A DNA stretch of 64,000 bases, from positions 127-64,126 of the forward strand of contig CAZKMO010000003.1 of NCBI GenBank assembly GCA_964554015.1. The letters run 5' to 3'. This DNA comes from an uncultured bacterium. Lineage in GTDB: Bacteria; Zhuqueibacterota; QNDG01; CAYUAG01. Positions 9,339-18,364 of this stretch are shown piece after piece. How positions within the stretch are numbered: the first letter of the stretch is position 1; each line of letters starts with the position of its first letter. Below the pieces are notes generated by a model that did not search any database, was not told where the DNA came from, and saw only the letters and a program-made list of their open reading frames with translations. The position numbers and the translations under genes were made by a program.

Positions 9339-11123
9339 TCAGGCTATTTGTTTAATAACAGAAGGTACTGTTTGTTGTTTATTAGCTTGAATATGAAAAT
9401 CCCAAAGAATTTGAATTATTTTTCTGGCTGAGACATTTTCTAATATATCTTTGGCAATCTCTTCACATTCGGTAATTTTTAAAACTCTAATTCTTTCTTT
9501 CAGTTCTGGAATTAATAAAGGTATTAAACTGAAATTTCTTAAACCAAAACCCAATAAAAGACCGGTATATAAAGGATTGGCAGCAAGTTCTCCACATACA
9601 GAAACAGGTTTTCCATAGTTGTTTGCTACTTTGATAATATTATTTATCAATCTTAAAACAGCAGGATTATTAGGATTATAAAACTTTGCTACTTTTTCAT
9701 TGTTTCTATCCACTGCCAGAGTATACTGAATAAGATCATTAGTGCCAATACTAACAAAATCTGTAAATTTTATTATTTGATCAATTACAATAGCTACCGA
9801 AGGTACTTCTATCATTATACCTGATTTAATACTCTTATCAAAAGGAATATTTTCAGAAATCAACTCATCTTTAGTCTCTTCTACAATTTTATTTATTTTT
9901 ATAACCTCTTCATAACTTGAGATCATAGGAAATAATATGCGAACATTCCCAAATATGCTAGCACGAAGGATGGCTCTCAACTGTGCTTTAAATACATCTT
10001 CCTCTTGAAGAAATATGCGGATAGATCTCCATCCCAAAAAGGGATTTCTTTCTTCTTTTACATTCTGAAAAGGAAGAAATTTATCACCCCCTAAATCCAA
10101 GGTACGTATAGTAACGATCTTATCCTTCATTTTCGTAACTGCAGTTTTGTAAATTTCAAACTGTTCCTCTTCGGTAAGCAGTCTTCCGGCTATGAGAAAA
10201 GGTAATTCAGTTCGGAATAATCCTACTCCATCGGCTCGATATTTCAAGGCTAAATTTACATCTGAAATCATGGCAATATTTGCTTTTAATGATATCCAGG
10301 CACCATCGCTGGTTACAGGATCCAATTCCCGGTCTTTATCCAATCGCTGTAAATAAATATCAAAATTCTTTTTTCTTTGTTGATAGACTTTAAGTAGTTG
10401 TTTAGGAGGTTTTATGTGTAAGGTACCACTGTTCCCATCCACAATCACTTTATCGCCATTGTTTACTCGGTCAGTTAGTTTTTCTATTCCCACAATAGCA
10501 GGAATTCCCATGGATCGGGCCAGAATGGAGGTATGGGATGTCTCTCCTCCTAATTCTGTAATAAAAGCGACAATTTTTGATCGATCTATCCGTATAGTAT
10601 CAGAAGGTTTAAGATTATGTGAAACAATTTCTGAATTTTTTTGATGAGGTATTTTAACCTCTTCAGATTGCAGAAGAATTTTTAATATTCTTACTGCCAC
10701 ATCTTCAATATCTATGATTCTCTGCTGAAAGTAGTCATTATTCATTTTTTTAAATGAAGTTCGAAGTTTTTCAATCTTTTCCCGTAGTAAAAATTCAGCA
10801 TTTTTTTTAATTTTTTTTATAGCAGCCGGCATATCCTCCTGAAAAAAAGTATCTTTTAATATAGTCAATTGCGCTTCAAAAATTTGTGCTTCTTTGTCTC
10901 CGATATCTTTCTTAACTCTTTCCTGGTATTCAATAAGCTGCCGATTTACATCTTTCAATGCCAGGCGATAGCGGCTTATTTCCTCCTCAATGTTGCTTTT
11001 TTTTAAAGAGATTTCAATGATTTCATCCCACGGACTTTCCAGAATAACCACAGTTCCAATGGCTATACCTTCTGAAACAGGTAATCCTTGTACAGTAACT
11101 TCATTGTTAGTCTTATTATTCAA
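9339..11123 (-). CDS. ptsI: Phosphoenolpyruvate-protein phosphotransferase (PTS enzyme I)
   Basis: Phosphohistidine region GGETSHTSILARSMGIPAIVG and PEP-binding SIGTNDLIQYTLAVDRNN; 594 aa. Confidence 0.85.
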   Translation of the reverse strand: MNNKTNNEVTVQGLPVSEGIAIGTVVILESPWDEIIEISLKKSNIEEEISRYRLALKDVNRQLIEYQERVKKDIGDKEAQIFEAQLTILKDTFFQEDMPAAIKKIKKNAEFLLREKIEKLRTSFKKMNNDYFQQRIIDIEDVAVRILKILLQSEEVKIPHQKNSEIVSHNLKPSDTIRIDRSKIVAFITELGGETSHTSILARSMGIPAIVGIEKLTDRVNNGDKVIVDGNSGTLHIKPPKQLLKVYQQRKKNFDIYLQRLDKDRELDPVTSDGAWISLKANIAMISDVNLALKYRADGVGLFRTELPFLIAGRLLTEEEQFEIYKTAVTKMKDKIVTIRTLDLGGDKFLPFQNVKEERNPFLGWRSIRIFLQEEDVFKAQLRAILRASIFGNVRILFPMISSYEEVIKINKIVEETKDELISENIPFDKSIKSGIMIEVPSVAIVIDQIIKFTDFVSIGTNDLIQYTLAVDRNNEKVAKFYNPNNPAVLRLINNIIKVANNYGKPVSVCGELAANPLYTGLLLGFGLRNFSLIPLLIPELKERIRVLKITECEEIAKDILENVSARKIIQILWDFHIQANKQQTVPSVIKQIA

Positions 11124-11141
11124 AATAATTCCTATAAAGGT

Positions 11142-11639
11142 TTAGTGGGTAGAATAAATTTTTTCGAGTTTTTTTAATTTAGAGTTTATTACTGCTTTTT
11201 TAAGAGGAGAAATGTGATCAATTATAAGTATTCCATTGAGATGATCAATTTCATGCTGAAATACTTTGGCGGCTAAATTTTCCACATTTATTTCAGAAAT
11301 TTTATTATTTTCATCGGTAAATCTTACCTTTATTTTAATCGGCCGTAGGACAGGTACGGTTATATCCGGCAAACTTAAGCATCCTTCCTCAATTTCATCC
11401 TGTTCTTTACTCATTTCGATTATTTCCGGATTGAATAGAATTAAAGGGCCTTCACCGTAATCAACTATAATTATTTGTTTAGAAATCCCTATTTGGGGAG
11501 CGGCCAGACCGATTCCTTCATAGCTATACATGGTATCAACCATTTCATGGGAAATCTGCAGTATTTCTTTGGTGATTATATCAACCGGTGCCGCTTTTTG
11601 ACGTAAAATAGGATCAGGATATATTTTAATTTTATTCAT
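11142..11639 (-). CDS. def: Peptide deformylase
   Basis: GIGLAAPQIG, EGCLS and QHEIDHLNG motifs. Confidence 0.9.
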   Translation of the reverse strand: MNKIKIYPDPILRQKAAPVDIITKEILQISHEMVDTMYSYEGIGLAAPQIGISKQIIIVDYGEGPLILFNPEIIEMSKEQDEIEEGCLSLPDITVPVLRPIKIKVRFTDENNKISEINVENLAAKVFQHEIDHLNGILIIDHISPLKKAVINSKLKKLEKIYSTH

Positions 11640-11660
11640 AAAAACCTCTATTTACAGTAA

Positions 11661-12947
11661 TCATTTATTTTTTAATATTTTATTGACCATTTTTATAGCG
11701 CAGTATTCTCCACACATGGAACAGACATCTTGAGTATGTGGTTTGCCTTCCTCCCGTAACTTCTGAGCTAAATCTGGATCAAGGGATAAATCAATCTGTT
11801 TTTTCCAGTCAAGCTCTTTCCTGGCTTGGGAAATTTGGTTATCCCACTCAATTGCACCCGGTAATCCTTTACTTATATCCCCTGCGTGAGCAGCAATTCT
11901 GGCAGCAATGACTCCTTGTCTAACATCTTCTTTATTGGGAAGTTTTAAATGTTCACCCGGTGTTACATAACAGAGGAAATCAGCACCATTTGCAGCTGCA
12001 ATACTTCCTCCAATAGCTGAGGTGATATGATCGTATCCCGGTGCTATATCTGTTACTATGGGCCCTAAAACATAAAATGGAGCATTATCACATATTTGTT
12101 TCTGTAATTTAATATTTGTTTCAATTTGATGTAATGGTATATGCCCAGGTCCCTCAATCATGACCTGAACATTTTTATCACGGGCTTTTTTAGTCAACTC
12201 ACCCAGGATAATCAACTCTGTGATTTGGGCACGATCAGTGGCATCATGCACTGAACCTGGTCTTAATCCATCACCCAGACTTAAAGTAACATCATATTTA
12301 TAAGCAATTTTCAGTAAACGTTCAAATTCCTCATATAAGGGATTTTCCTTTTCATTAGCTATCATCCAGGTAGTAAGAAATGATCCTCCCCTACTGACAA
12401 TATTAGTCAATCTGCCCTGTTTAGTAAGTCTTTCTATGCTTGCCAGAGTAACGCCGCAATGTACCGTGAAAAAATCAACTCCTTCTTCAGCTTGCTGTTC
12501 TAAAACCTGGAAAATGTCATCAGAAGTCATATTAATAAGCGCACTTTTCTTTTCGATGGTTTCAATAACTGTTTGATAAATTGGTACGGTTCCAATCACC
12601 ACTGGTACCTGTTGCATTATTTTTTTTCTGATTTCCCTTAAATTTCCTCCGGTGGAAAGATCCATTATGGTATCTGTTCCTGCTTTCACTGCAACTTTTG
12701 CTTTTTCTACTTCTTTTATTATATCTGCATAATCCTGAGAAGTTCCAATATTAGCATTCACTTTGGTTCGAACTTGTTTCCCCACCGCCACCGGTTTTAT
12801 ATTGTTATGCTTTTTATTTTTTAATATAACCACTTCACCTTGGCTGATCAGCTTTATTAAATGATTTATTTCAATATTTTCATTTTTTGCCACTGCTTTC
12901 ATTTCTGAAGTAATTTTATTATTTCGAGCTGCTTCTAATTGTGTCAT
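11661..12947 (-). CDS. thiC: Phosphomethylpyrimidine synthase ThiC
   Basis: Radical-SAM ThiC family with C-terminal CSMCGEYCA cluster motif; 428 aa. Confidence 0.88.
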   Translation of the reverse strand: MTQLEAARNNKITSEMKAVAKNENIEINHLIKLISQGEVVILKNKKHNNIKPVAVGKQVRTKVNANIGTSQDYADIIKEVEKAKVAVKAGTDTIMDLSTGGNLREIRKKIMQQVPVVIGTVPIYQTVIETIEKKSALINMTSDDIFQVLEQQAEEGVDFFTVHCGVTLASIERLTKQGRLTNIVSRGGSFLTTWMIANEKENPLYEEFERLLKIAYKYDVTLSLGDGLRPGSVHDATDRAQITELIILGELTKKARDKNVQVMIEGPGHIPLHQIETNIKLQKQICDNAPFYVLGPIVTDIAPGYDHITSAIGGSIAAANGADFLCYVTPGEHLKLPNKEDVRQGVIAARIAAHAGDISKGLPGAIEWDNQISQARKELDWKKQIDLSLDPDLAQKLREEGKPHTQDVCSMCGEYCAIKMVNKILKNK

Positions 12948-13117
12948 CTTTTAAACCTTACCCTTCCCTATTAACTATTTTTGTATTTTAATGTACAAAA
13001 ATATCCCATCAAATTCAATACAAAATTTCTGGAATGATGATTGGCTTTATACTAAAAAATAGTTATTTTTAAGGTAGAGTTGATATAAATAATTATATAT
13101 AAATAAAGGAGGTACCA

Positions 13118-14803
13118 ATGAAAATTTTGAGAATATTTCTTATCAATCTTTTTCTTGTTACTCTGGTATTTGCTTCTGACAGAATTACCGGTAAAACCTT
13201 TGCTACCCGTTCCAGGGTTATGGCACAACAGGGAATGGCTGCAACCAGTCAACCCCTGGCTACCCAAGTAGCTCTAGATATTCTAAAACAAGGAGGAAAT
13301 GCTATTGATGCTGCCATCGCAGCCAATGCTATGTTAGGTCTGGTGGAACCTACTGGAAACGGTATTGGCGGTGACTTATTTGCCCTTGTTTGGCATGCCA
13401 AAACCCGAAAGCTTTATGGATTAAACGCAAGCGGGAGATCACCATATTCTCTTACTTTTGATTATTTTAAGGAAAATGGATATTCCCGAATTCCTGCGCA
13501 TGGTCCCTTACCAGTTACAGTTCCGGGATGCGTGGCTGGCTGGTTTGAACTTCATGATCGTTTTGGTAATCTTCCCATGAAAGATATACTATCACCAACC
13601 ATAGAATATGCCCGAAAAGGATTTCCGGTAAGTGACTTAATATCCTATTATTGGCAACTCAGTGCAAAATACCTGCAAGATTATCCTGGATTTAGAGAAA
13701 CTTTTCTGCCTGCTCCCCTACCGGGAGAGATATTTAAAAATCCCGCACTTGCTAATACTCTGGAAAAAATTGCAAATAAAGGAAGAGATGTCTTTTATAA
13801 AGGAGATATAGCACGAACCATAGCTACTTTCGTGCAGGAAGTAGGGGGATTTTTATCCTATAATGATTTTGCTGATCATGAATCGAACTGGGTGGAACCG
13901 GTATCCATACATTATCGAGAATATGATATTTGGGAATTACCCCCAAATGGGCAGGGAATTGCCACCTTACAGATATTGCAGATTTTAGAAAAATTCGATC
14001 TTAAAAAAATGGGCTTTGGTAGTAAAGAGTATATCCACTACTTTATTGAAGCCAAAAAACTTGCTTTTGAAGACAGGGCTAAATTTTATGCTGATCCTGA
14101 TTTCAATACAATTCCAGTTCAGGAATTGATTTCTGAAGAGTACGCAGCAAAGAGAAGAAGCCTTATTAATCCAAATAAGGCAGCCAAACAATATAATTCC
14201 GGGGATCCGATTCTGGATAAAGGTGACACTGTTTATTTAACGGTTGCCGATAAATATGGTAACATGGTTTCCCTGATCCAAAGTAATTATCGAGGTATGG
14301 GAAGTGGGCTCTGTCCCCCTGGATTAGGTTTCGGACTGCAGGACAGGGGAGAATTATTTAATCTTGAAGAAGGTCATTTTAATACTTATGCACCTCATAA
14401 ACGTCCCTTTCATACCATAATACCTGCCTTTATCACCCGAAATGGAAATCCCTTCCTGAGTTTTGGAGTTATGGGAGGTGCAACCCAACCCCAAGGACAA
14501 GCACAAATTATTATCAATATGATAGATTTTGGTATGGATGTGCAGGAAGCAGGTGATGCTCCCCGAATACTTCATCAGGGATCCTCACAGCCCACTGGAC
14601 AAATTATGCATGATGGTGGTATTGTTTCTTTGGAATCCGGATTTGATTATGAGGTAATCCGTGAACTGGTTACAATGGGACATACTATACAAATTAATGT
14701 GGGAAGCTTTGGTGGATATCAGGGTATTCAGTATGATTGGAAGCATAAAGTTTACTATGGTGCGTCTGAATCCCGGAAGGACGGTCAAGCTGCCGGGTAT
14801 TAA
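13118..14803 (+). CDS. ggt: Gamma-glutamyltranspeptidase with signal peptide
   Basis: Signal peptide MKILRIFLINLFLVTLVFA; nucleophile region DTVYLTVADKYGNMVSLIQSNY; strong RBS AAGGAGG upstream of the ATG. Confidence 0.88.
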   Translation: MKILRIFLINLFLVTLVFASDRITGKTFATRSRVMAQQGMAATSQPLATQVALDILKQGGNAIDAAIAANAMLGLVEPTGNGIGGDLFALVWHAKTRKLYGLNASGRSPYSLTFDYFKENGYSRIPAHGPLPVTVPGCVAGWFELHDRFGNLPMKDILSPTIEYARKGFPVSDLISYYWQLSAKYLQDYPGFRETFLPAPLPGEIFKNPALANTLEKIANKGRDVFYKGDIARTIATFVQEVGGFLSYNDFADHESNWVEPVSIHYREYDIWELPPNGQGIATLQILQILEKFDLKKMGFGSKEYIHYFIEAKKLAFEDRAKFYADPDFNTIPVQELISEEYAAKRRSLINPNKAAKQYNSGDPILDKGDTVYLTVADKYGNMVSLIQSNYRGMGSGLCPPGLGFGLQDRGELFNLEEGHFNTYAPHKRPFHTIIPAFITRNGNPFLSFGVMGGATQPQGQAQIIINMIDFGMDVQEAGDAPRILHQGSSQPTGQIMHDGGIVSLESGFDYEVIRELVTMGHTIQINVGSFGGYQGIQYDWKHKVYYGASESRKDGQAAGY

Positions 14804-15092
14804 GTTTTTGTTTGTTTAAACCTATTAGAGAGGGTCTGTAAAAAAGTAGGAAAAAATTTTAAACGCAGAACCCGACAAGAACGACATAAAAGCTGTAATA
14901 AATTAATAATTATAGATTTATTTTATGATGAACTTTATGACTTCTCTGCCCGCACTGCGTTTTTTTAAATGCCCCTTTTTCAATAAATGCAATTATAAAG
15001 TGTTTACTCTTCAAAAATTTATTTATTAATTCAATTTTAATAGAGTGCTATCGTAATAAAAAAACGGGCGTTTTTAATATTTAAGTGATCTT

Positions 15093-15659
15093 CTATAGTA
15101 ACATCAATTCTATTAGCTTATCTTTTATCTGATCCGGATTTAATACATAATCAACACATCCGGTTTCAATTGCTTCTTTGGGCATACCGAAAATAATACT
15201 TGAATATTTATCCTGAGCTATGGTTGTTCCATAGATATGGTTAATATGAATAATTCCTTCTCTTCCATCTCGTCCCATTCCTGTTAGAATAATTCCTATA
15301 ATTTTCATATTAATTTTACTAACAACTGATTTCATAGTGACATCAATGGAAGGACAAACAAAATTAACCTTTTCACCTTTATATAATTTTATATTGGTAT
15401 TATTAATTAATTCAAGATGGTATTCACTGGGTGCTATATATACTTTTCCGTTGGTAAGCTCTACCCCATCCTCAGGAATAATCACTTCCATCTTAGTCAA
15501 TCCATCTAACTCTTTGGTAAAAGATTTATTTACAAATTCAGGCATATGCTGAATAAGGACTATTGCTCCATTTAGTACTGGTAATTCGGAGAATATTTCT
15601 CTTAATATACGAGGACCTCCTGCTGAAGATCCAATTATTGCAATCTTTGATGCTGCCAT
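15093..15659 (-). CDS. cheB: CheB methylesterase catalytic domain. It is in the same reading frame as the upstream receiver ORF and separated from it only by one TAA.
   Basis: IAIIGSSAGGPRIL is the typical CheB methylesterase N-terminus. No RBS of its own. Confidence 0.8.
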   Translation of the reverse strand: MAASKIAIIGSSAGGPRILREIFSELPVLNGAIVLIQHMPEFVNKSFTKELDGLTKMEVIIPEDGVELTNGKVYIAPSEYHLELINNTNIKLYKGEKVNFVCPSIDVTMKSVVSKINMKIIGIILTGMGRDGREGIIHINHIYGTTIAQDKYSSIIFGMPKEAIETGCVDYVLNPDQIKDKLIELMLL

Positions 15660-15668
15660 AGTGTAATA

Positions 15669-16043
15669 TTATTCCAAATACGATAAATATTTCTTAATGA
15701 GTTTTATTAAATCCTCGGAATCAAAAGGTTTGCGGATATAATCCAGTACATACTCTTTTAAATTATCCATTTTTTCGCCAGGCTGATCCTTCCCGGTTAA
15801 CATAAGTATAATCACATTCTTTATATAGCCACGTTTAACAATTTCGTTTATAGTATCCCAGCCGTCCATTTCGGGCATTATTATATCCATTAATATTATT
15901 CCCTTAAATCCTTTTTCTAGCTCTTTCAGACATGCCTTACCACTTTCTGCAGTTCTAACCGTTAAGTTATTCCGGATAATAATTTTTTTACAGGTTTTCA
16001 AAACCGCTAAATCATCATCAACAATCATGACTTCTTTTTCCAT
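15669..16043 (-). CDS. cheB: CheB N-terminal receiver domain, ended by a TAA at 15669-15671
   Basis: VMIVDDD...ILMDIIMPEMDG...LMLTGK...RKPF receiver motifs. Confidence 0.8.
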   Translation of the reverse strand: MEKEVMIVDDDLAVLKTCKKIIIRNNLTVRTAESGKACLKELEKGFKGIILMDIIMPEMDGWDTINEIVKRGYIKNVIILMLTGKDQPGEKMDNLKEYVLDYIRKPFDSEDLIKLIKKYLSYLE

Positions 16044-16071
16044 AAAGATTTCTCCTTGAAAAAAATAAGAA

Positions 16072-16578
16072 TTATATAGTCAGCTTTTTCTTTGCTTTTT
16101 TAGGTTTTCTTCCAAATAATGGATAAATTTTAATATGTCTGTCTTTTCCCTCTTTTCCATAACTTTGAGTTTTTATACCATTTCTATTCTTTAAATAATC
16201 GTGGACAACAAATCTTTCATAAGCACCCATGTGTGGCAAGTTTATTATATTACCATTCATTATCACTTCTTGAGCTTTCTGTTCAGCTAGTCTTTTTAAA
16301 TTTCCTACCGGATATACTTTTAAGGTATAATCCTTTTCTCTTTTATAGGTTCTGACTTTATATTCTGAATCGAGTGAAAATTTTTTCTTTATTTGTTTAA
16401 TCTGATAAGAATTTATATTATTAATTACATAAGGCTGTATTGAATCTATTAATTCATTTTTAATTTTATCCATGAGTGTATCAAAATCTTTAATTGATTT
16501 ATTAGTATTATCATTTGATTTCAGGTTAGGTTTTATACTGCTTTGCATTACCAACTCCTTATTATTCAGCATAATCAT
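16072..16578 (-). CDS. R3H-domain (Jag-like C-terminus) nucleic-acid-binding protein with a lysine-rich tail
   Basis: GAYERFVVHDYLKN...IKTQSYGKEGKDRHIKIY resembles the Jag/R3H domain (YERRIIH...TES.GEG..R). Confidence 0.45.
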   Translation of the reverse strand: MIMLNNKELVMQSSIKPNLKSNDNTNKSIKDFDTLMDKIKNELIDSIQPYVINNINSYQIKQIKKKFSLDSEYKVRTYKREKDYTLKVYPVGNLKRLAEQKAQEVIMNGNIINLPHMGAYERFVVHDYLKNRNGIKTQSYGKEGKDRHIKIYPLFGRKPKKAKKKLTI

Positions 16579-16676
16579 AGTTAAAGGAAACTGTCAAGAA
16601 TCTTTAATAATTCTTTTAATTTAATTAAATTAAAAAATTAGATGGAATTTTGCAAGCATTTTGGATTCACATTAAA

Positions 16677-16722
16677 TAAAAAAGGGTTCATTAAAATTTT
16701 CTTCTATTCAATGACCCCTTAT
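16677..16722 (-). terminator. Rho-independent terminator after the outer-membrane/TPR gene
   Basis: Minus-strand stem AAGGGGTCATT / AATGAACCCTT (one mismatch) followed by TTTTTTATTT. Confidence 0.45.
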
Positions 16723-16739
16723 ATAAAAATGAATATAAT

Positions 16740-18098
16740 TTATAATCTGCCCAAATATCTCATTGCTTTGGGGGCATACTCACTGTCAGGATAATTTTGA
16801 ACAAGCTGTTGAAAATTCTTCTTAGCTAATTCGACTTCACCAATTTTTAGATAGGTAACTCCATTCATAATTAAGGCATCGTCAAATTTATAGGAATTAC
16901 TAAAGTTTAAGACTGCTTTGAAAGCCTTTAATGCCTGATTGTAATCACCTAAGGCATGATAACATTCTCCAATCCAGTATTGACAGTTACTTGCTAATTT
17001 ATTATTCGGATTGGAATTTAAAAGATTCTGGAATTGATTAATCGCTTGCGTATATTCTCTGTTATAAAATAACTGCAGAGCACTTTTGTAGGCAGCCGTA
17101 AAATTACCATTATCTACATAGTTACTATAAGTATCACTTTTTGTACTAACACCTTGACCGGAAATTTTTGAAATATATTCTTCATTTTTATTTACCTTTT
17201 GTCGTAATTCACTAATTATCCTGTCACGTTCATTAATTTTATCTCGTAAGTCATCAATTTCATTCTCAACAGATGATTTATTAGTACCTTTGGATTCAGA
17301 GAATAAATCATCTATTGCTCCGGAGCTGGATTCTTCTTCAGCTGCCTGAAAAAGTAAATCCAAGGCTTCATCTTCACTTATTGATTCTTGAGACTGACTA
17401 GTTTTTCCACCTTCTTCTGTATTGAAGATATCATCCAGGGCGATTTCATCTCCGGAAAAAGGATACTCTATTTCTTCTTTTTGTCTGGTATCGCGTCTCG
17501 GGGCATTATTCAAGGCATAACTTAATCCCATTTTCGCAAACCAAAATAAGGGTTTGGTTACTCCTTTGGGTACATCAGAAGTAAAAGTATAATTACCGCT
17601 TCCACTGGCATTAAAGGCTAATTGATCATTTAATTTATAACTCAATCCCAGCCCTCCGGATACAGCGGCATCAAATTTCATATCTTCTTCAATAGGCGGT
17701 ATTTTACTTTCATATTTGGATTTAAATCCAAGTATACCTGCGTTAAAATAGGTTGACAAATTATCTGCATTCATAAAATTATACCCGAGGTTGAATCTAA
17801 AAGCCGGAAACAAGGTTACTTTATTATTATCCCAACCAAAATATTTGTCAGTTGCAGTTATAAATCCAGTACCGGTATTAATAAACAGATTAGGATTAAT
17901 ATTATACTGAAAAAATAATTCTGCTCCCGGACCTAATCCTGCACCCGGACTATTACGAGATGTCCTATCCTGACGACAACCAATAATATTTCCCCCAATA
18001 ACATCGGGATGAACTAATCTTTCAAAGAAATTCTGACTATATACAGAATTTGTTATAAATAATATAGTCAGGAACAAAATTAACTTATTCCGAATCAT
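16740..18098 (-). CDS. Outer-membrane beta-barrel domain fused to an acidic linker, a coiled coil and a C-terminal TPR (CpoB/YbgF-like) domain. The real start is probably M25 (MIRNK...), right after GGAGGAGAGAG.
   Basis: Signal peptide MIRNKLILFLTILFITNSVYS; alternating aromatic/hydrophobic strands; DDLRDKINERDRIISELRQK coiled coil; TPR repeats YWIGECYHALGDYNQALKAF. Confidence 0.55.
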   Translation of the reverse strand: MIRNKLILFLTILFITNSVYSQNFFERLVHPDVIGGNIIGCRQDRTSRNSPGAGLGPGAELFFQYNINPNLFINTGTGFITATDKYFGWDNNKVTLFPAFRFNLGYNFMNADNLSTYFNAGILGFKSKYESKIPPIEEDMKFDAAVSGGLGLSYKLNDQLAFNASGSGNYTFTSDVPKGVTKPLFWFAKMGLSYALNNAPRRDTRQKEEIEYPFSGDEIALDDIFNTEEGGKTSQSQESISEDEALDLLFQAAEEESSSGAIDDLFSESKGTNKSSVENEIDDLRDKINERDRIISELRQKVNKNEEYISKISGQGVSTKSDTYSNYVDNGNFTAAYKSALQLFYNREYTQAINQFQNLLNSNPNNKLASNCQYWIGECYHALGDYNQALKAFKAVLNFSNSYKFDDALIMNGVTYLKIGEVELAKKNFQQLVQNYPDSEYAPKAMRYLGRL

Positions 18099-18150
18099 CT
18101 CTCTCCTCCATATATTTAGATAGCTTAACTTCATAATCACTCTATTACGT

Positions 18151-18166
18151 TGCAAATACTTTGCCA
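18151..18166 (-). promoter_or_regulatory. Candidate sigma-54 promoter for the outer-membrane/TPR gene. It lies inside the 5' extension of the longest ORF.
   Basis: Minus-strand TGGCAAAGTATTTGCA (GG-N10-GC, TTTGCA), about 55 nt upstream of the RBS/ATG at 18098. Confidence 0.55.
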
Positions 18167-18364
18167 TCAATATAAGATTAAATATAAATATAACGCTATT
18201 ACTTTGTTTCTAAAGGAATTACAGTATTAACAAATTTAAGGTATAACATTAACAAAATATATTGTGGATGAATTTTGACCATATATAAACATTGCAATAT
18301 TTAATGTTTATATTAAATATTAAACTCTTATATATATAAAAAAGGGGGAAGGTATTATTTAATA

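Noticed and set aside
12948-13117. Expected TPP riboswitch upstream of thiC
   Set aside because: The 170-nt divergent intergenic region (minus-strand reading) lacks the conserved thi-box elements (CUGAGA, ACCUGAUCUGGAUAAUGCCAGCG). Only a loose AGGGAAGGG near the start codon is present.
13052-13267. 71-aa minus-strand ORF overlapping the ggt start
   Set aside because: It overlaps the ggt RBS and signal-peptide region, has no RBS of its own, and its translation is arbitrary.
15657-15671. Alternative genetic code as the explanation for the in-frame TAA in cheB
   Set aside because: TAA closes essentially every other gene in the window, and TGA is also used as a stop (HdrC-like/MvhD ATGA junction at 59849-59852). 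A reassigned TAA is therefore implausible; a nonsense mutation or sequencing error is more likely.
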